This document shows, piece by piece, positions 20,245-30,321 of a DNA stretch of 64,000 nt. Source of the stretch: an uncultured Candidatus Binatia bacterium. Its GTDB lineage: Bacteria > Desulfobacterota > Binatia > Bin18. Within the stretch, counting starts at the first letter, position 1. Every line of letters begins with the position of its first letter. The stretch is taken from the NCBI GenBank assembly GCA_965214605.1, contig OZ243961.1, forward strand, positions 3,488,001 through 3,552,000, written 5' to 3'. The position numbers and the translations under genes were made by a program. The notes under the pieces are model-generated. The model saw only the letters and a list, made by a program, of their open reading frames with translations, had not been told where the DNA came from and did no database searches.

Positions 20245-20291
20245 AAGATACAAGACTGCTCAGGGCTTGTAAAAGCATGGCGTACGCCATG
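20245..20291 (-). promoter_or_regulatory. Sigma70-like promoter with adjacent 16-bp perfect palindrome upstream of the nitrilase-like gene
   Basis: Minus strand TTTACA (20273-20268)-N17-TATCTT (20250-20245). CATGGCGTACGCCATG at 20276-20291. Confidence 0.5.
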
Positions 20292-20512
20292 AGGTGGACG
20301 ATGATGACTGCCTCATCAGAAGGAGACCATCATTCACCTTTCTGGTCATAGCCAAAGGCACCCCTGAGCATACAGATGGAAAAGACACGTAGCTGATCAA
20401 GACCTCCTCATGACCCCCTACTCACCGGGAATCAAGACAGGCTGGCCTCGCGGTTTACCGGAAGATAATGAGGCTGTCCGCCCGCCACTGGAGGTCATCA
20501 AAGGTGGACCAG

Positions 20513-20710
20513 AGAGCTGGGTGGAGATAGACCTCCCGGCTTAACATCCATCGGAGTGTGGCTGGCCGGGGCACCTCAGTTGTCCGGCACTCTATTTCGG
20601 CCAACACCCGTAGAGCTGGGTGGAGATAGACCTCCCGGCTTAACATCCATCGGAGTGTGGCTGGCCGGGGCACCTCAGTTGTCCGGCACTCTATTTCGGC
20701 CAACACCCGT
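20513..20710. repeat. Perfect 99-bp tandem duplication (2 copies)
   Basis: 20513-20611 and 20612-20710 are identical (agagctgggtggagatag...caacacccgt). Confidence 0.95.
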
Positions 20711-20877
20711 CAGGGGTGCAGTACGGCAGCGAGTACTGCCGGACCTACGTAGGACCGGGCAGCACGCCAAAATTAAAGAGTACGCCGGCACCGACAAGGC
20801 GGCTAGGCGCCACTAAGTTGTTGGTGTTGGGTCCGTGCCAAGAGGCTATACCGACTGAACGGAAAATGATCACTTCA

Positions 20878-22029
20878 TCAGGAAGAGATGGGCGTGTATC
20901 TTTCCTGGAGGCCAAACAGCTTAGCCGCATCACCCATCACCATCTGATATACCTCGTCTTCGGGCACGCCGGCAAAGTCCTTGGCAATTTGGCGCTGAGA
21001 CTTCGGAAAGGTGCCCTCGGTATGCGGATGGTCGGCTCCCCACATCAGGCGATCGACGCCCATAAGCTCACGGGTCAGAATCCCCCGGCGCGATCATCTT
21101 CAAACGTCGCCCAGAATTGCCGCTTAAAATAGGTGCTAGGGGGTTCGTCGAGCTTAGGCTGCAGCCAGTGACGATGATCTTCACCACTAGTGATCCATCA
21201 GACGCAGGATGCACGCAATTCCCCCGATTCCCCCTCAGAGATAATGAACTTGAGCCGGGGATGGCGCTGGGGGGGCTCCGCTCCAAATCAGCTCGGTCAA
21301 TGCGTTCATGGGCTGAAACGCCTTCTCGTCCATAAAAGCATACCGGGACCATTCTTGCGCGCTTTGACAACGGTTGAGGCACCGATATCTGCGGCCGTGC
21401 CCGAGTGGGCGACAGCCGGTAATCCGATCTCTTCCAAACGCTTCCACAGTGGCTCGTAGTCCGGATGGATATACGGCTTGGTCAGCACCGCAGCCGGGAT
21501 CATGAATGCCCTGAGGCCGATCTTGGCCGTCCGTTCGGCTTCTTCGGCCGCCCATTCCAGGGGGCCTTGCATGGGCAGCATCGCCGCTCCGAGTAAACGC
21601 TGCGGGGCGTAGGAACAGAACTCGCTGAGCCAGTCGTTGTACACCCGGACGGCGGCGCGCTGATACTCGGCGTTCGCAATGCGGTAGAACATCAGACTCC
21701 ACTGGCCCGGATAGATTATCTCGGCTCGGAGATTCCAGATCCTGATCTTTGAGCCGTCGGCGTGGATCTGAGGCACCTGGGCGGGTCTCTGAGTGACGGG
21801 CAACCGGGGATTCGACTTTGCCCGCAATCTTGCTCTCCAGAGCTGCCCCGTCAAGGCCGACGGTGACCGGATTGAGCCCATCGACAACGTAGAAGTCGAT
21901 CGCCTTGTGGGTTTCGATCTGGGGGGCCCGGTCGCGAAAGCGGAGTGCTATACGGCTGGTCCACGAATCGGCCGGTTCGACCACATGACCATCGGCTGAA
22001 ACGTATCCGCTAGCAAGGCTGCTTGACAT
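20878..22029 (-). pseudogene. Frameshifted amidohydrolase_2 family gene
   Basis: VSADGHVVEP, then a frameshift to AEIIYPG...VYNDWLSEFC...YEPLW...HSGT, then another frame AFQPMNALTELIWSG, and finally DRLMWGADHPHTEGTFP...AAKLFGL. Confidence 0.88.
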
Positions 22030-22256
22030 GATGCACGACTCCTTCTTGTGTGAACACTCAATGATCAGCGCAGCTAAAAACTCTCTGTCATCCCAGAGCA
22101 GCGGTCTCTTTTTTGGCAAGATAGCACAAGAGACTGACTCAGACAGCCGACTAGAGCGGCTGGAACGGTTGGGCCATTTGACTCTCTGTGAGCGCCCGGC
22201 TATAGCTCTGCAGTCAGCAAGAAGCGGCTGATGGGGTCAGCCCATGAAGGGAGAAA

Positions 22257-22610
22257 ATGATGGTCAAATTTGTTGCTTGTGTCCGCCGTAAAACGGGAAT
22301 GACAAGGACGGAGTTTCAGGATTACTGGAAAAACACCCACGGCCCACTCGTCCGCAGCGTGCCCGAGTTTTGGGCTTATGTCCGCAGATATGTCCAAGGC
22401 CACACGATGAGTGACTCTGTTCCGGGCTTCCCACCTCAGGACGAGGCCCCGTTCGACGGCATTGCCGAGCTGTGGTTTGACGGCGTCGAAGATATCGACA
22501 AAGCTTTTAGTCATCCCCGCTATCTGGAAATCATTCGGCCGGATGAACTGAAATTTGTCGACTTTGCCAATTCCAGGATCTTTGTTGTCGAGGATACGGA
22601 GATTTCGTGA
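22257..22610 (+). CDS. EthD domain-containing protein
   Basis: RKTGMTRTEFQDYWKNTHGPLV, FDGIAELWFD and IRPDELKFVD. Confidence 0.9.
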   Translation: MMVKFVACVRRKTGMTRTEFQDYWKNTHGPLVRSVPEFWAYVRRYVQGHTMSDSVPGFPPQDEAPFDGIAELWFDGVEDIDKAFSHPRYLEIIRPDELKFVDFANSRIFVVEDTEIS

Positions 22611-22667
22611 GCGCTAAGCTGGAGCAGGTGACTCCCCGCCCCAGCGGCTCACTTAGGTTCCACAGTC

Positions 22668-23537
22668 CTATAAGCCCAGAATCTCACGCTTCATTGCCGC
22701 CCGAATATGACACGGGCTGCCAGCCATCTCAGAAATCCTCAGATCGGCCGCCACGCTGGCCAGCATTGCCGCTTCGGTCATATCGGCCTCGGTCCGCACA
22801 ACCAGCAGACGGGCCAGTTCGTCCAAGGCCGCCCGCGCCGCTGCTTCAGCCGTCTCGCCGCTGCCCATGGTCTGGACTTCATTCTGGGTGACGACGATCG
22901 GCTGGCTGAGAGGCAGTTCGGTGACGATATGGCAGCGGAGAGTTACTTCTGCAGCGATCTCGACCGCCGAGGCGGTGGCCTCGCCATCACCCATCCTGGC
23001 GTGCACGTCTTCGATGGTCAGCAGCCCGCCCTCAACAAACACCGGCAAAAAGATTGTTGAGCCAATCCCCAGCTGGCTGTTGCTCAGCTGACCGCCGAAA
23101 TCCCCACACGCTCCGCTCGGCTGGGAGCCTGAGGCAGGCGCCAGTCCAATTTTGCTGATATTCGGGATGAATGGCAGGCTCAGGGTGTCGCTGTAGCGAA
23201 TGCGATTGCCCTCAATTGGGACAACTTTTTTCCGAAACTCGACCTGGTCTTTGAGCAGGCCGAAGCCTGGAATTGCCACTATATAGCCAAACCCCTGGGA
23301 GGCTTTGATGTCCAACACTTCCACGGCCAGCACTTGGCCGGGCTGAACGCTCTCAATAAAGACCGGCCCGGTCATGACGGTCAGCTGCTCCATGGGCCAC
23401 TGCCCGCCCTCGTTCCAGTCTCGAAAGCGGTCATTGGTTTCCATCACAAATACTTCCCCAGGCTTAACTGTGGCAGCCGCAGGGTGGTCGGCGTCAAACG
23501 TCCGCACGATATGCTCTTTGCCAATGGTTTGCATCAC
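22668..23537 (-). CDS. Acetamidase/formamidase family protein (divergent motifs)
   Basis: TVKPGE, TGPVFIESVQPGQVLAVEVLDI, LPVFVEGGLL and DVHARMGDGE. Confidence 0.82.
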   Translation of the reverse strand: MMQTIGKEHIVRTFDADHPAAATVKPGEVFVMETNDRFRDWNEGGQWPMEQLTVMTGPVFIESVQPGQVLAVEVLDIKASQGFGYIVAIPGFGLLKDQVEFRKKVVPIEGNRIRYSDTLSLPFIPNISKIGLAPASGSQPSGACGDFGGQLSNSQLGIGSTIFLPVFVEGGLLTIEDVHARMGDGEATASAVEIAAEVTLRCHIVTELPLSQPIVVTQNEVQTMGSGETAEAAARAALDELARLLVVRTEADMTEAAMLASVAADLRISEMAGSPCHIRAAMKREILGL

Positions 23538-23558
23538 AGGCCTCCTTCTCTGTGGCGA

Positions 23559-23978
23559 TTAGTCGGCGATGGCGTCCAGCCCGGCTTGGGAGCAGGCAAT
23601 ATCTTCGTCAACCGTCCCGCCACCGACTCCGATCCCGCCGATTACTTCGCCGCTGACCACGATCGGCAGGCCGCCACCGACCAGGGTCGCACGTGAGAAG
23701 TGAGAGAGGCCGACCACCAGGGACAGATCGTCCTTGATACGGCCGTACAGATCTTTCGTGCCGACGCCGAACAGCGCCGTAAATGCCTTGCGTTGGCAGC
23801 CTTCAATCCCGAGCAGGAGTGCCCCGTCCATACTGGCCAGGGCCTTTAGATTTCCCCCGCTATCGATCACCGCCACGTTCTGTTTGCAGCCCAGTTCCTC
23901 AGCTTTGGCAACCGCCGCGGCCACCATCTTGGCGGCAGTCTCATACGATAACATCTGTCTGGCGTATGTTTTGGCCAT
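23559..23978 (-). CDS. GlcG/HbpS family heme-binding protein
   Basis: VAVIDSGGNL, RKAFTA and GGGLPIVVSGEVIGGIGVGGG...DIAC. ATG 23978 follows AAAGGAGG. Confidence 0.9.
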   Translation of the reverse strand: MAKTYARQMLSYETAAKMVAAAVAKAEELGCKQNVAVIDSGGNLKALASMDGALLLGIEGCQRKAFTALFGVGTKDLYGRIKDDLSLVVGLSHFSRATLVGGGLPIVVSGEVIGGIGVGGGTVDEDIACSQAGLDAIAD

Positions 23979-24092
23979 AGACGTTCCTCCTTTACTGTTA
24001 TAGGGGGGATGATCTCTCTCTGAGTCATCGCCGTTCACCCTTTCCGTACCCCGCTCCTGTGCCAGCGTCAAGCTTGTCCGGATAGCGGTTGG

Positions 24093-24123
24093 TTTGACAA
24101 AAGCGGCCGAAGCGCAGAATAAT
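24093..24123 (+). promoter_or_regulatory. Promoter-like element, copy A
   Basis: tTTGACAaaagcggccgaagcgcagAATAAT; 27/31 identical to 36901-36931. Confidence 0.6.
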
Positions 24124-24146
24124 TGCCGGTAAACGGGAGATCTGCC

Positions 24147-24767
24147 GTGTTCTGTATTACCGCAATCCAGCACGCTCTGGCTCAGCGCGCCCCAGCCCCG
24201 GATCCGTCTCAACTCGACCGCAACCGGACCGCGGTGGCACTGGTCTTAGCCGGCTCCGAGCCCGACTTACACCTGTGTATGATCCGTCGGGCCGACCGCA
24301 CGGGTGATCCGTGGTCGGGGGATATGGCGCTGCCGGGTGGCCGGGCTGCGCCGGAGGATATCAGTTTACAGGAGACGGCGGAACGGGAGACGTATGAAGA
24401 AGTCGGTCTCGTCCTCGCTCCCACCCACCGGTTGGGAGCACTGGCCGAAATATCGATCCTGCTACGTGGCCGGGACCGGCTGCTGTTCCTAGCACCGTTT
24501 GTGTATTACCTGGGACCGACCCTTGCGCCGTTTACTCCTAACGCCGAGGTCGGAGAGGTCTATTGGATAGCGCTGGCGCATTTGTGGAACGAACACAACG
24601 CCACCTCGCTCAATCTACCGACCCAGGACGTTTCGTTATGGTACCCGGCGATTGGTTACCGTCAGCAGATAGTGTGGGGTATTACTCACCGGGTGTTAAT
24701 GCTCTTTTCGGACGTCATCGGACGTCCCTTACCGCATTTGGAAGCCATCCCGGGCCTTGGTCACTAG
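24147..24767 (+). CDS. CoA pyrophosphatase-like Nudix hydrolase
   Basis: WSGDMALPGG, Nudix box TAERETYEEVGL, PNAEV and IVWGIT. GTG start inferred. Confidence 0.85.
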   Translation: MFCITAIQHALAQRAPAPDPSQLDRNRTAVALVLAGSEPDLHLCMIRRADRTGDPWSGDMALPGGRAAPEDISLQETAERETYEEVGLVLAPTHRLGALAEISILLRGRDRLLFLAPFVYYLGPTLAPFTPNAEVGEVYWIALAHLWNEHNATSLNLPTQDVSLWYPAIGYRQQIVWGITHRVLMLFSDVIGRPLPHLEAIPGLGH

Positions 24768-24803
24768 GCGGCCTGCGGGGCGGCTATTTGGAGGCAGACA
24801 AAC

Positions 24804-27035
24804 ATGGAGATCGTCGGCTATGCTGACCAATTCAGTGTCGCTCCGGGTGAAACGATTCGTTTTCATGTCAGCTGTAAACAGCAGCGGTACCAGGCCGATA
24901 TCGTGCGTCTAATCCACGGGGATCCCAACCCGCGCGGACCGGGCTTCAAAGAGACACTTGTTCAGACGACGGTAAGCGGCGAGTATCCGGGTCGTGAGCA
25001 GGTGATCCACACCGGCTCACATGTCGTCGTGCCCGATGCGCCTCTGCTGCGCCTGCACGACAGTTTCAGCCTGCAAGCCTGGATCTATCCCACCACACCG
25101 CAGAAAGCCCAACAGGGGATTCTTACCAAATGGTCGGCCGCCGACGGTGGTTATGCTTTAGTCCTTGATGAGGGTGGGGTTTTAGCCTTGTGGGTGACCG
25201 ACCTCCAAGGCCGCAGACAGCAGGTACGGGGTGCTACGCCGCTACGAGCGGGAGAGTGGTATTTTGTGGCGGCGACCTTTGACGCCCAGATCGGGACACT
25301 CGCGATCTACCAGGAGCCGCTGCGCACCTGGCCGCGCGATCCGACCCGGGGGATGGAGACCGCCCCGACCAACATCCGGGCGATACAAACGACGGCGGCC
25401 GATTGTGTGATAGCCGGTATGTGGCAGCCTGGAGCCGACGGGGAGTCCCGGGTTGGACGACATTTTAACGGCAAGATCGACCGCCCACGCGTCTTCCAGC
25501 GGGCTCTGAGTCAGGAAGAACTGGTCTCGCTGCAGCGCGGAGCCTCGCCGCTCACCTTTGGCGACGCTCTCGTTGTTGCCTGGGATTTTTCGGTTGATAT
25601 GGCCTCGTCGACAGTGATAGACACCTCACCCCACGGCTTGCACGGCCGGACGGTCAATATGCCTGCCCGGGCGATGACGGGCTACAATTGGAGTGGACAG
25701 GAAACCCACTTTCGGTATGCCCCGCACGAGTACGGGGCGATTCATTTTCATGATGACGATCTTGAGGACGCCGGCTGGGAGGTGGATTTTGTCTGGACGC
25801 TACCGATCGATCTGAAAAGCGGGGTGTATGCCGCGCGCCTGCGTACTGAAGGGGGCGAGGACCATATTCCGTTTTTTGTGCGTCCACCAAAGGGCAGAGC
25901 CACGGCGGACATCGCCTTCCTCGCTCCCACCAACAGTTATTTGGCCTATGCCAACGAGCAACTCGCCGAGCTGTCGCTGGACCTGTTTCCCAATCAAAAG
26001 AAGGGTGAGCTTGCGCCGGACGACCGCTACCTCAGAGAGAATCGCCTGCTGAGCCTATACGATAGTCATGCCGACGGCAGCGGAGTCTGCTATTCCAGCC
26101 GGTTGCGGCCTATACTCAATATGCGCCCGCGCTACCACATGCAGCTTCTTAGCTCTCCGCACCAGTTTCCCGCCGACTTACACCTGATCGACTGGCTCGA
26201 AGCTAAGAGCCATGCCTATGATGTGATTACCGATGAGAATCTGCACGCTGAGGGGCTGGACCTACTCGCCCCCTACAAGGTCATCATCACTGGCAGTCAT
26301 CCCGAGTACTGGTCCGGGCCGATGCTGGACGCGCTGGAAGCCTATCTGCAAAACGGTGGACGGCTGATGTATCTGGGTGGTAACGGTTTTTATTGGGTTA
26401 CCTCGTTTGCTCCCGGCCGTCCTCACGTTGTTGAGGTCCGGCGTTGGGGCGGGACCCGCAGCTGGCAGGCCAAACCCGGCGAATACCACCACAGCACTAC
26501 CGGAGAACCCGGTGGTTTGTGGCGTGATCGAGGCCGAACGCCCCAGCGCCTAGTCGGCGTTGGCTTCACCACCCAAGGCTTTGATATCAGCGCCCCATAC
26601 CAGCGCCAGTCCGACAGCTTTGATCCGCGCGTGGCGTTTATTTTTGAGGGGATCGGAGCCAAAGAAGCCATCGGCGACTTTGACACTCTAGTCCTCAACT
26701 ACGGGGCGGCCGGTTTTGAGCTGGACCGGGCCGAGCGTTCTCTCGGCACCCCCGCCCACGCCTTGGTCCTCGCCTCCTCGTCCGGCCACTCGGATGCCTA
26801 TCAGCACGTGGTCGAAGAAGTACTCGCGAGCGATTCAAAACAGGGCGGTACGGTTAACCCCAAGGTCCGCGCCGATATGGTGTATTTTGAATACCCCAAG
26901 GGCGGTGCGGTCTTTTCGGCGAGCTCTATCGCCTGGTGCGGAGCCCTCTCTTACAACCAGTATAATAACAATGTGTCGCGGATTACCGATAACGTCTTGC
27001 GCCGATTCGCCGCCCAGGGCCCACTGTCCGAATAA
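24804..27035 (+). CDS. N,N-dimethylformamidase large (beta) subunit-like protein with LamG-like domain
   Basis: GYADQFSVAPGETI, GAIHFHDDDL, SGVYAARL, SYLAYAN, SLYDSH, GSHPEYWS, MYLGGNGFYW and NNVSRITDNVLRRF. Confidence 0.9.
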   Translation: MEIVGYADQFSVAPGETIRFHVSCKQQRYQADIVRLIHGDPNPRGPGFKETLVQTTVSGEYPGREQVIHTGSHVVVPDAPLLRLHDSFSLQAWIYPTTPQKAQQGILTKWSAADGGYALVLDEGGVLALWVTDLQGRRQQVRGATPLRAGEWYFVAATFDAQIGTLAIYQEPLRTWPRDPTRGMETAPTNIRAIQTTAADCVIAGMWQPGADGESRVGRHFNGKIDRPRVFQRALSQEELVSLQRGASPLTFGDALVVAWDFSVDMASSTVIDTSPHGLHGRTVNMPARAMTGYNWSGQETHFRYAPHEYGAIHFHDDDLEDAGWEVDFVWTLPIDLKSGVYAARLRTEGGEDHIPFFVRPPKGRATADIAFLAPTNSYLAYANEQLAELSLDLFPNQKKGELAPDDRYLRENRLLSLYDSHADGSGVCYSSRLRPILNMRPRYHMQLLSSPHQFPADLHLIDWLEAKSHAYDVITDENLHAEGLDLLAPYKVIITGSHPEYWSGPMLDALEAYLQNGGRLMYLGGNGFYWVTSFAPGRPHVVEVRRWGGTRSWQAKPGEYHHSTTGEPGGLWRDRGRTPQRLVGVGFTTQGFDISAPYQRQSDSFDPRVAFIFEGIGAKEAIGDFDTLVLNYGAAGFELDRAERSLGTPAHALVLASSSGHSDAYQHVVEEVLASDSKQGGTVNPKVRADMVYFEYPKGGAVFSASSIAWCGALSYNQYNNNVSRITDNVLRRFAAQGPLSE

Positions 27036-27229
27036 GACGGGAGGGACGTCCCTACATTTTGGCACTGGGCTGTTTCTTGTTGGGCTGCTCGACTCTGCAC
27101 GTGCCCTCAAGCTATCGCCCTCTTTGGTTGGATATGATCCGCCACGGCTGAAACCGCACGTCGCTTATTGCTGAGTGGAGTCATTCCGGTCAGGCTGATG
27201 CCGAGGGCTTTGGCGACGAGGCTGGCCGC

Positions 27230-27760
27230 TTTCTCTAGAGCAGCGCGGGGAGGATTTCTGACCTGTTGGCATCAAGCCAACCGGATGGATTTATGTGGAC
27301 CCCAGATGAGGCGCGGTCGTGCTCGTCGCGATAAAACCATAGGCCCAACTCTGAGGGGCTGAGGTCTTGAGCCATTTGCACAGTTCAATCAGGACAAAGT
27401 TCTCCCACACGGCTCCGGCGAGGGAAAAAGGTGCCGAGGGAATCTGAGCCTACGTTTAAACGAACGAAGCCAGTATCGCCGAAGTATAGCTTCGGGGATT
27501 TCACTGGCCGTTTGCCAATATTGGCAAACGGCTCAAGCTGGATGATTTGGTTGCTGGCCTCAAGCACGGAGAGCTATTGACTGGCTATTGTTTGGGGAAG
27601 CTCCGCCCAAAATCTTTGGCTCGCTCGGCCAGCCGGGGCTGATGAGAGGCTGCAGCTTAGGCCGGCAACATTTCGCCGCTCTGTTCAATCGTGATTTCGG
27701 CGGCGTCCAGCTCCAGCTTCTCGACATGGCCGTCTGAGCCTTCGTACATCTGAGCCGCTC
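27230..27760 (-). pseudogene. Remnant of AAA ATPase / DUF4143 gene
   Basis: LEASNQIIQLEPFANIGKRPVKSPKLYFGDTG, plus GAVWENFVLIELCKW and LWFYRD in other frames. Bounds approximate. Confidence 0.7.
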
Positions 27761-27859
27761 AGGTGACAGCGTCTCTTCCCTCAAGCTACAGTTCTGTCTG
27801 GAAGTGGCCGCCGAGTAGGCCAATATACACTGCCTGGCGAAGCGCGGTCCAATAGCCTT

Positions 27860-28600
27860 CGGTCGGGTAATCACGAGAGGACAGGTCCTCAGAATCGTAG
27901 CCCGCAACGTCTCAAAGCATGCAGGCCGTATCCTCCGCCCGCCCGGACAGTAGGCTAACCATATCAAAGGTCCGGTTGACTGACATCACCCCTCGGTTGC
28001 TGATCCGAGCAACCGTTGGACGCAAACCGCACGCGTTGTTTAAGGCCGCCGGGATGCGGACCGACCCACCCGCGTCGGTGCCTGGGCTGGCCGCTGCCAT
28101 ATGCACGGCCCACCGCCGTGCCTGAGCCCCCGCTGGAGCAGCCTGGAATCTAGCTGCCTAGGAGTTGTGACACGGGCCATGGTGTGAATTGCGCATTGTG
28201 GCGCCAATCGTCCATTCGTACATCTTGCCCAGAATACCGGCTCCGGCCTGTCGTAGTCGGGGCGCGGCCTCAGCGTCTGTTGCCGCGATATTGCCCTGCA
28301 AGAAGCGAATGCCGGCCGCCAGGTGCACGCTGGCAACAGTGTAGTTGTCTTTCAGGGCGATGGGGACGCCGTGTAGAGCGTCTACGGCAGCGTTTTCAGC
28401 CTACGTTCGCTTGGAGGCCGCCTTTGCGGCTGGCCTGGCCTCCTCAGCCATGACCGTGAAGGAGATCCTTAAGCCGGCAGCGAGTGCTTCACCGCCCTAC
28501 CAGAGAGCGGTCACAACAAGTCCGACCGGGGAGAGTTAAGGAGTCTGGGTCAAACCCGCAATATCAGTAATGCCTAGCTGGACGAGGTTCGGATGGTGTT
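27860..28600 (-). pseudogene. Remnant of amidase-signature (GatA-like) gene
   Basis: LHGVPIALKDN, RLRQAGAGILGK and GTDAGGSVRIPAALN...GLRPT, interrupted by stops and frameshifts; C-terminal half missing. Confidence 0.8.
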
Positions 28601-28694
28601 AGAGCGTCATCCTTTGCTGTTGCCGTCGTAGTGTTGACGAAAGGCGGCTTTTGTTCAACGCTTGTATCACGTTGAGAGCTGAGGAAGGGTTTTG

Positions 28695-29819
28695 ATGCTC
28701 AGTCGTTTTGTCATTATTGGAGCGGGGATTGCCGGTGCGTCGGTGGGCTATTGGTTATCCCAACACGCATCGGTCCTCGTGCTCGAACGTGAACAACAAC
28801 CGGGCTATCACACCACCGGGCGCTCGGCGGCCATGTTCATCGAAACCTACGGGCCGCCGCTGGTCAGGGCCCTGACGGTTGGCAGCCGGGCGTTCTACGA
28901 AGACCCGCCGGCTGGCTTCAGCGAATCTCCTATTCTGAGCCAACGTGGCTTGCTGCTAATCGGGACTGAGGGCCAGCGCGCTCAGCTCGATGAAGCGTAT
29001 GCAATTGCGCGTGAGGTCGGCTCTGAGGTGGTGCGGCTGTCGCCGGACGAGGCTCGCGACCGGGTACCGGTGCTGCGGACCGACTATATGGCTGGGGCCA
29101 TCTACGAGGCTGCCCCGAGCGATATTGATGTGCATGGCCTGCACCAGGGATTTTTGAGCGGAATCCGCCGCAATGGCGGGCGGGTGCTCACCTCGGCTGA
29201 AGTGACCGGTCTGAGTCGTCAGACCGGCGGCTGGTGGATCGAAACCTCGGCTGGCGACTTTGAGGCTGAGAGTGTGGTCAACGCTACGGGGGCGTGGTGC
29301 GATGAGATTGCTAAGCTGGCCACAGTCCCCCTGATCGGTCTCGTGCCCAAACGGCGTAGTGCCTTTACCTTTGCCCCGCCTGAGCGGCTGGACATCCGTG
29401 CCTGGCCAACAGTTGTCGGGGCTGACGAGGCGTTCTATTTCAAACCCGAGGCGGGGATGTTGCTTGGCTCACCGGCCAATGTCGACCCGACCTTTCCCCA
29501 CGATGTGCGGCCCGAAGAACTCGATATTGCGACCGGCATTGCCCGTATTGAGGCGGCGACCAACCTGCGCATCCGCCGCCCAGCCCGAACCTGGGCCGGC
29601 CTGCGCTCCTTTGTGGCCGATGGTGAGTTAATCGGTGGTTTTGATCCTGGTGCCCCAGGCTTTTTCTGGCTGGCCGGGCAGGGCGGCTACGGCATCCAGA
29701 CTGCGGCAGCTATGGGCCAGGCATGCAGTGCCATCCTGCTCGGCCAGCCGTTTCCCGAACCGCTTGTGAAGCTCGGTGTTTCCGCTACCGAGCTTTCTCC
29801 ACAACGTTTGCGTGGCTAG
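28695..29819 (+). CDS. FAD-dependent oxidoreductase, DAO family (D-amino acid/D-arginine dehydrogenase-like)
   Basis: IIGAGIAG, GYHTTGRSAA, VVNATGAW, WAGLRSF and LAGQGGYGIQT. Confidence 0.88.
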   Translation: MLSRFVIIGAGIAGASVGYWLSQHASVLVLEREQQPGYHTTGRSAAMFIETYGPPLVRALTVGSRAFYEDPPAGFSESPILSQRGLLLIGTEGQRAQLDEAYAIAREVGSEVVRLSPDEARDRVPVLRTDYMAGAIYEAAPSDIDVHGLHQGFLSGIRRNGGRVLTSAEVTGLSRQTGGWWIETSAGDFEAESVVNATGAWCDEIAKLATVPLIGLVPKRRSAFTFAPPERLDIRAWPTVVGADEAFYFKPEAGMLLGSPANVDPTFPHDVRPEELDIATGIARIEAATNLRIRRPARTWAGLRSFVADGELIGGFDPGAPGFFWLAGQGGYGIQTAAAMGQACSAILLGQPFPEPLVKLGVSATELSPQRLRG

Positions 29820-30321
29820 GCTGTGCGGCTTGCTCTCTTCCCAGGTTTTCTCCCAAGAAGAGAGATCGGCCAAGCGCTAGGGCTGCTTACTCGACCACAC
29901 CAGCCGGGATGAGCGGTGCGCCAAGGGTAAAACCGATGACCAGCAATAATAATTGCCCTGTCTTTCCTTGTGGTGATTCGGACAATAGCACAGTCTAGGA
30001 GTTTAGATTGGCAGAGCGCCGTCCAACACCCCGCCCGCGTAAAGAAAACGTCTGAGGGCATCTCGAAAGACCACCAACAAAGCCCGCGGCCACACTAACT
30101 GTCCGCCGCTACCGGCCGGCTGGTCTCAGCCCCACATCCACACCCTACCGCTGGTCCGGTAACATACGTAGACTCAGAAGGATTTGTTCACGTCAGCGGC
30201 GACCGGCATATACCGCCGGGCTCCATCCGGCATAGAGTGGAGTACCGGCAATTTCTCTCACCTCATTTCGTGTCTTCTCCTGTCATTGACGAGTCGGGTG
30301 GTCTGGCGATAGGGTATAGGT

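Noticed and set aside
20513-20710. Possible CRISPR array
   Set aside because: Only two 99-bp units, no spacers and no cas genes.
20878-22029. Programmed frameshifting in the amidohydrolase gene
   Set aside because: Multiple shifts plus deletions and no slippery sequence indicate ordinary decay.
28633-28675. Inverted repeats (TCAACG-N9-CGTTGA) upstream of the FAD oxidoreductase
   Set aside because: The 6-bp arms are too short to distinguish from chance without comparative data.
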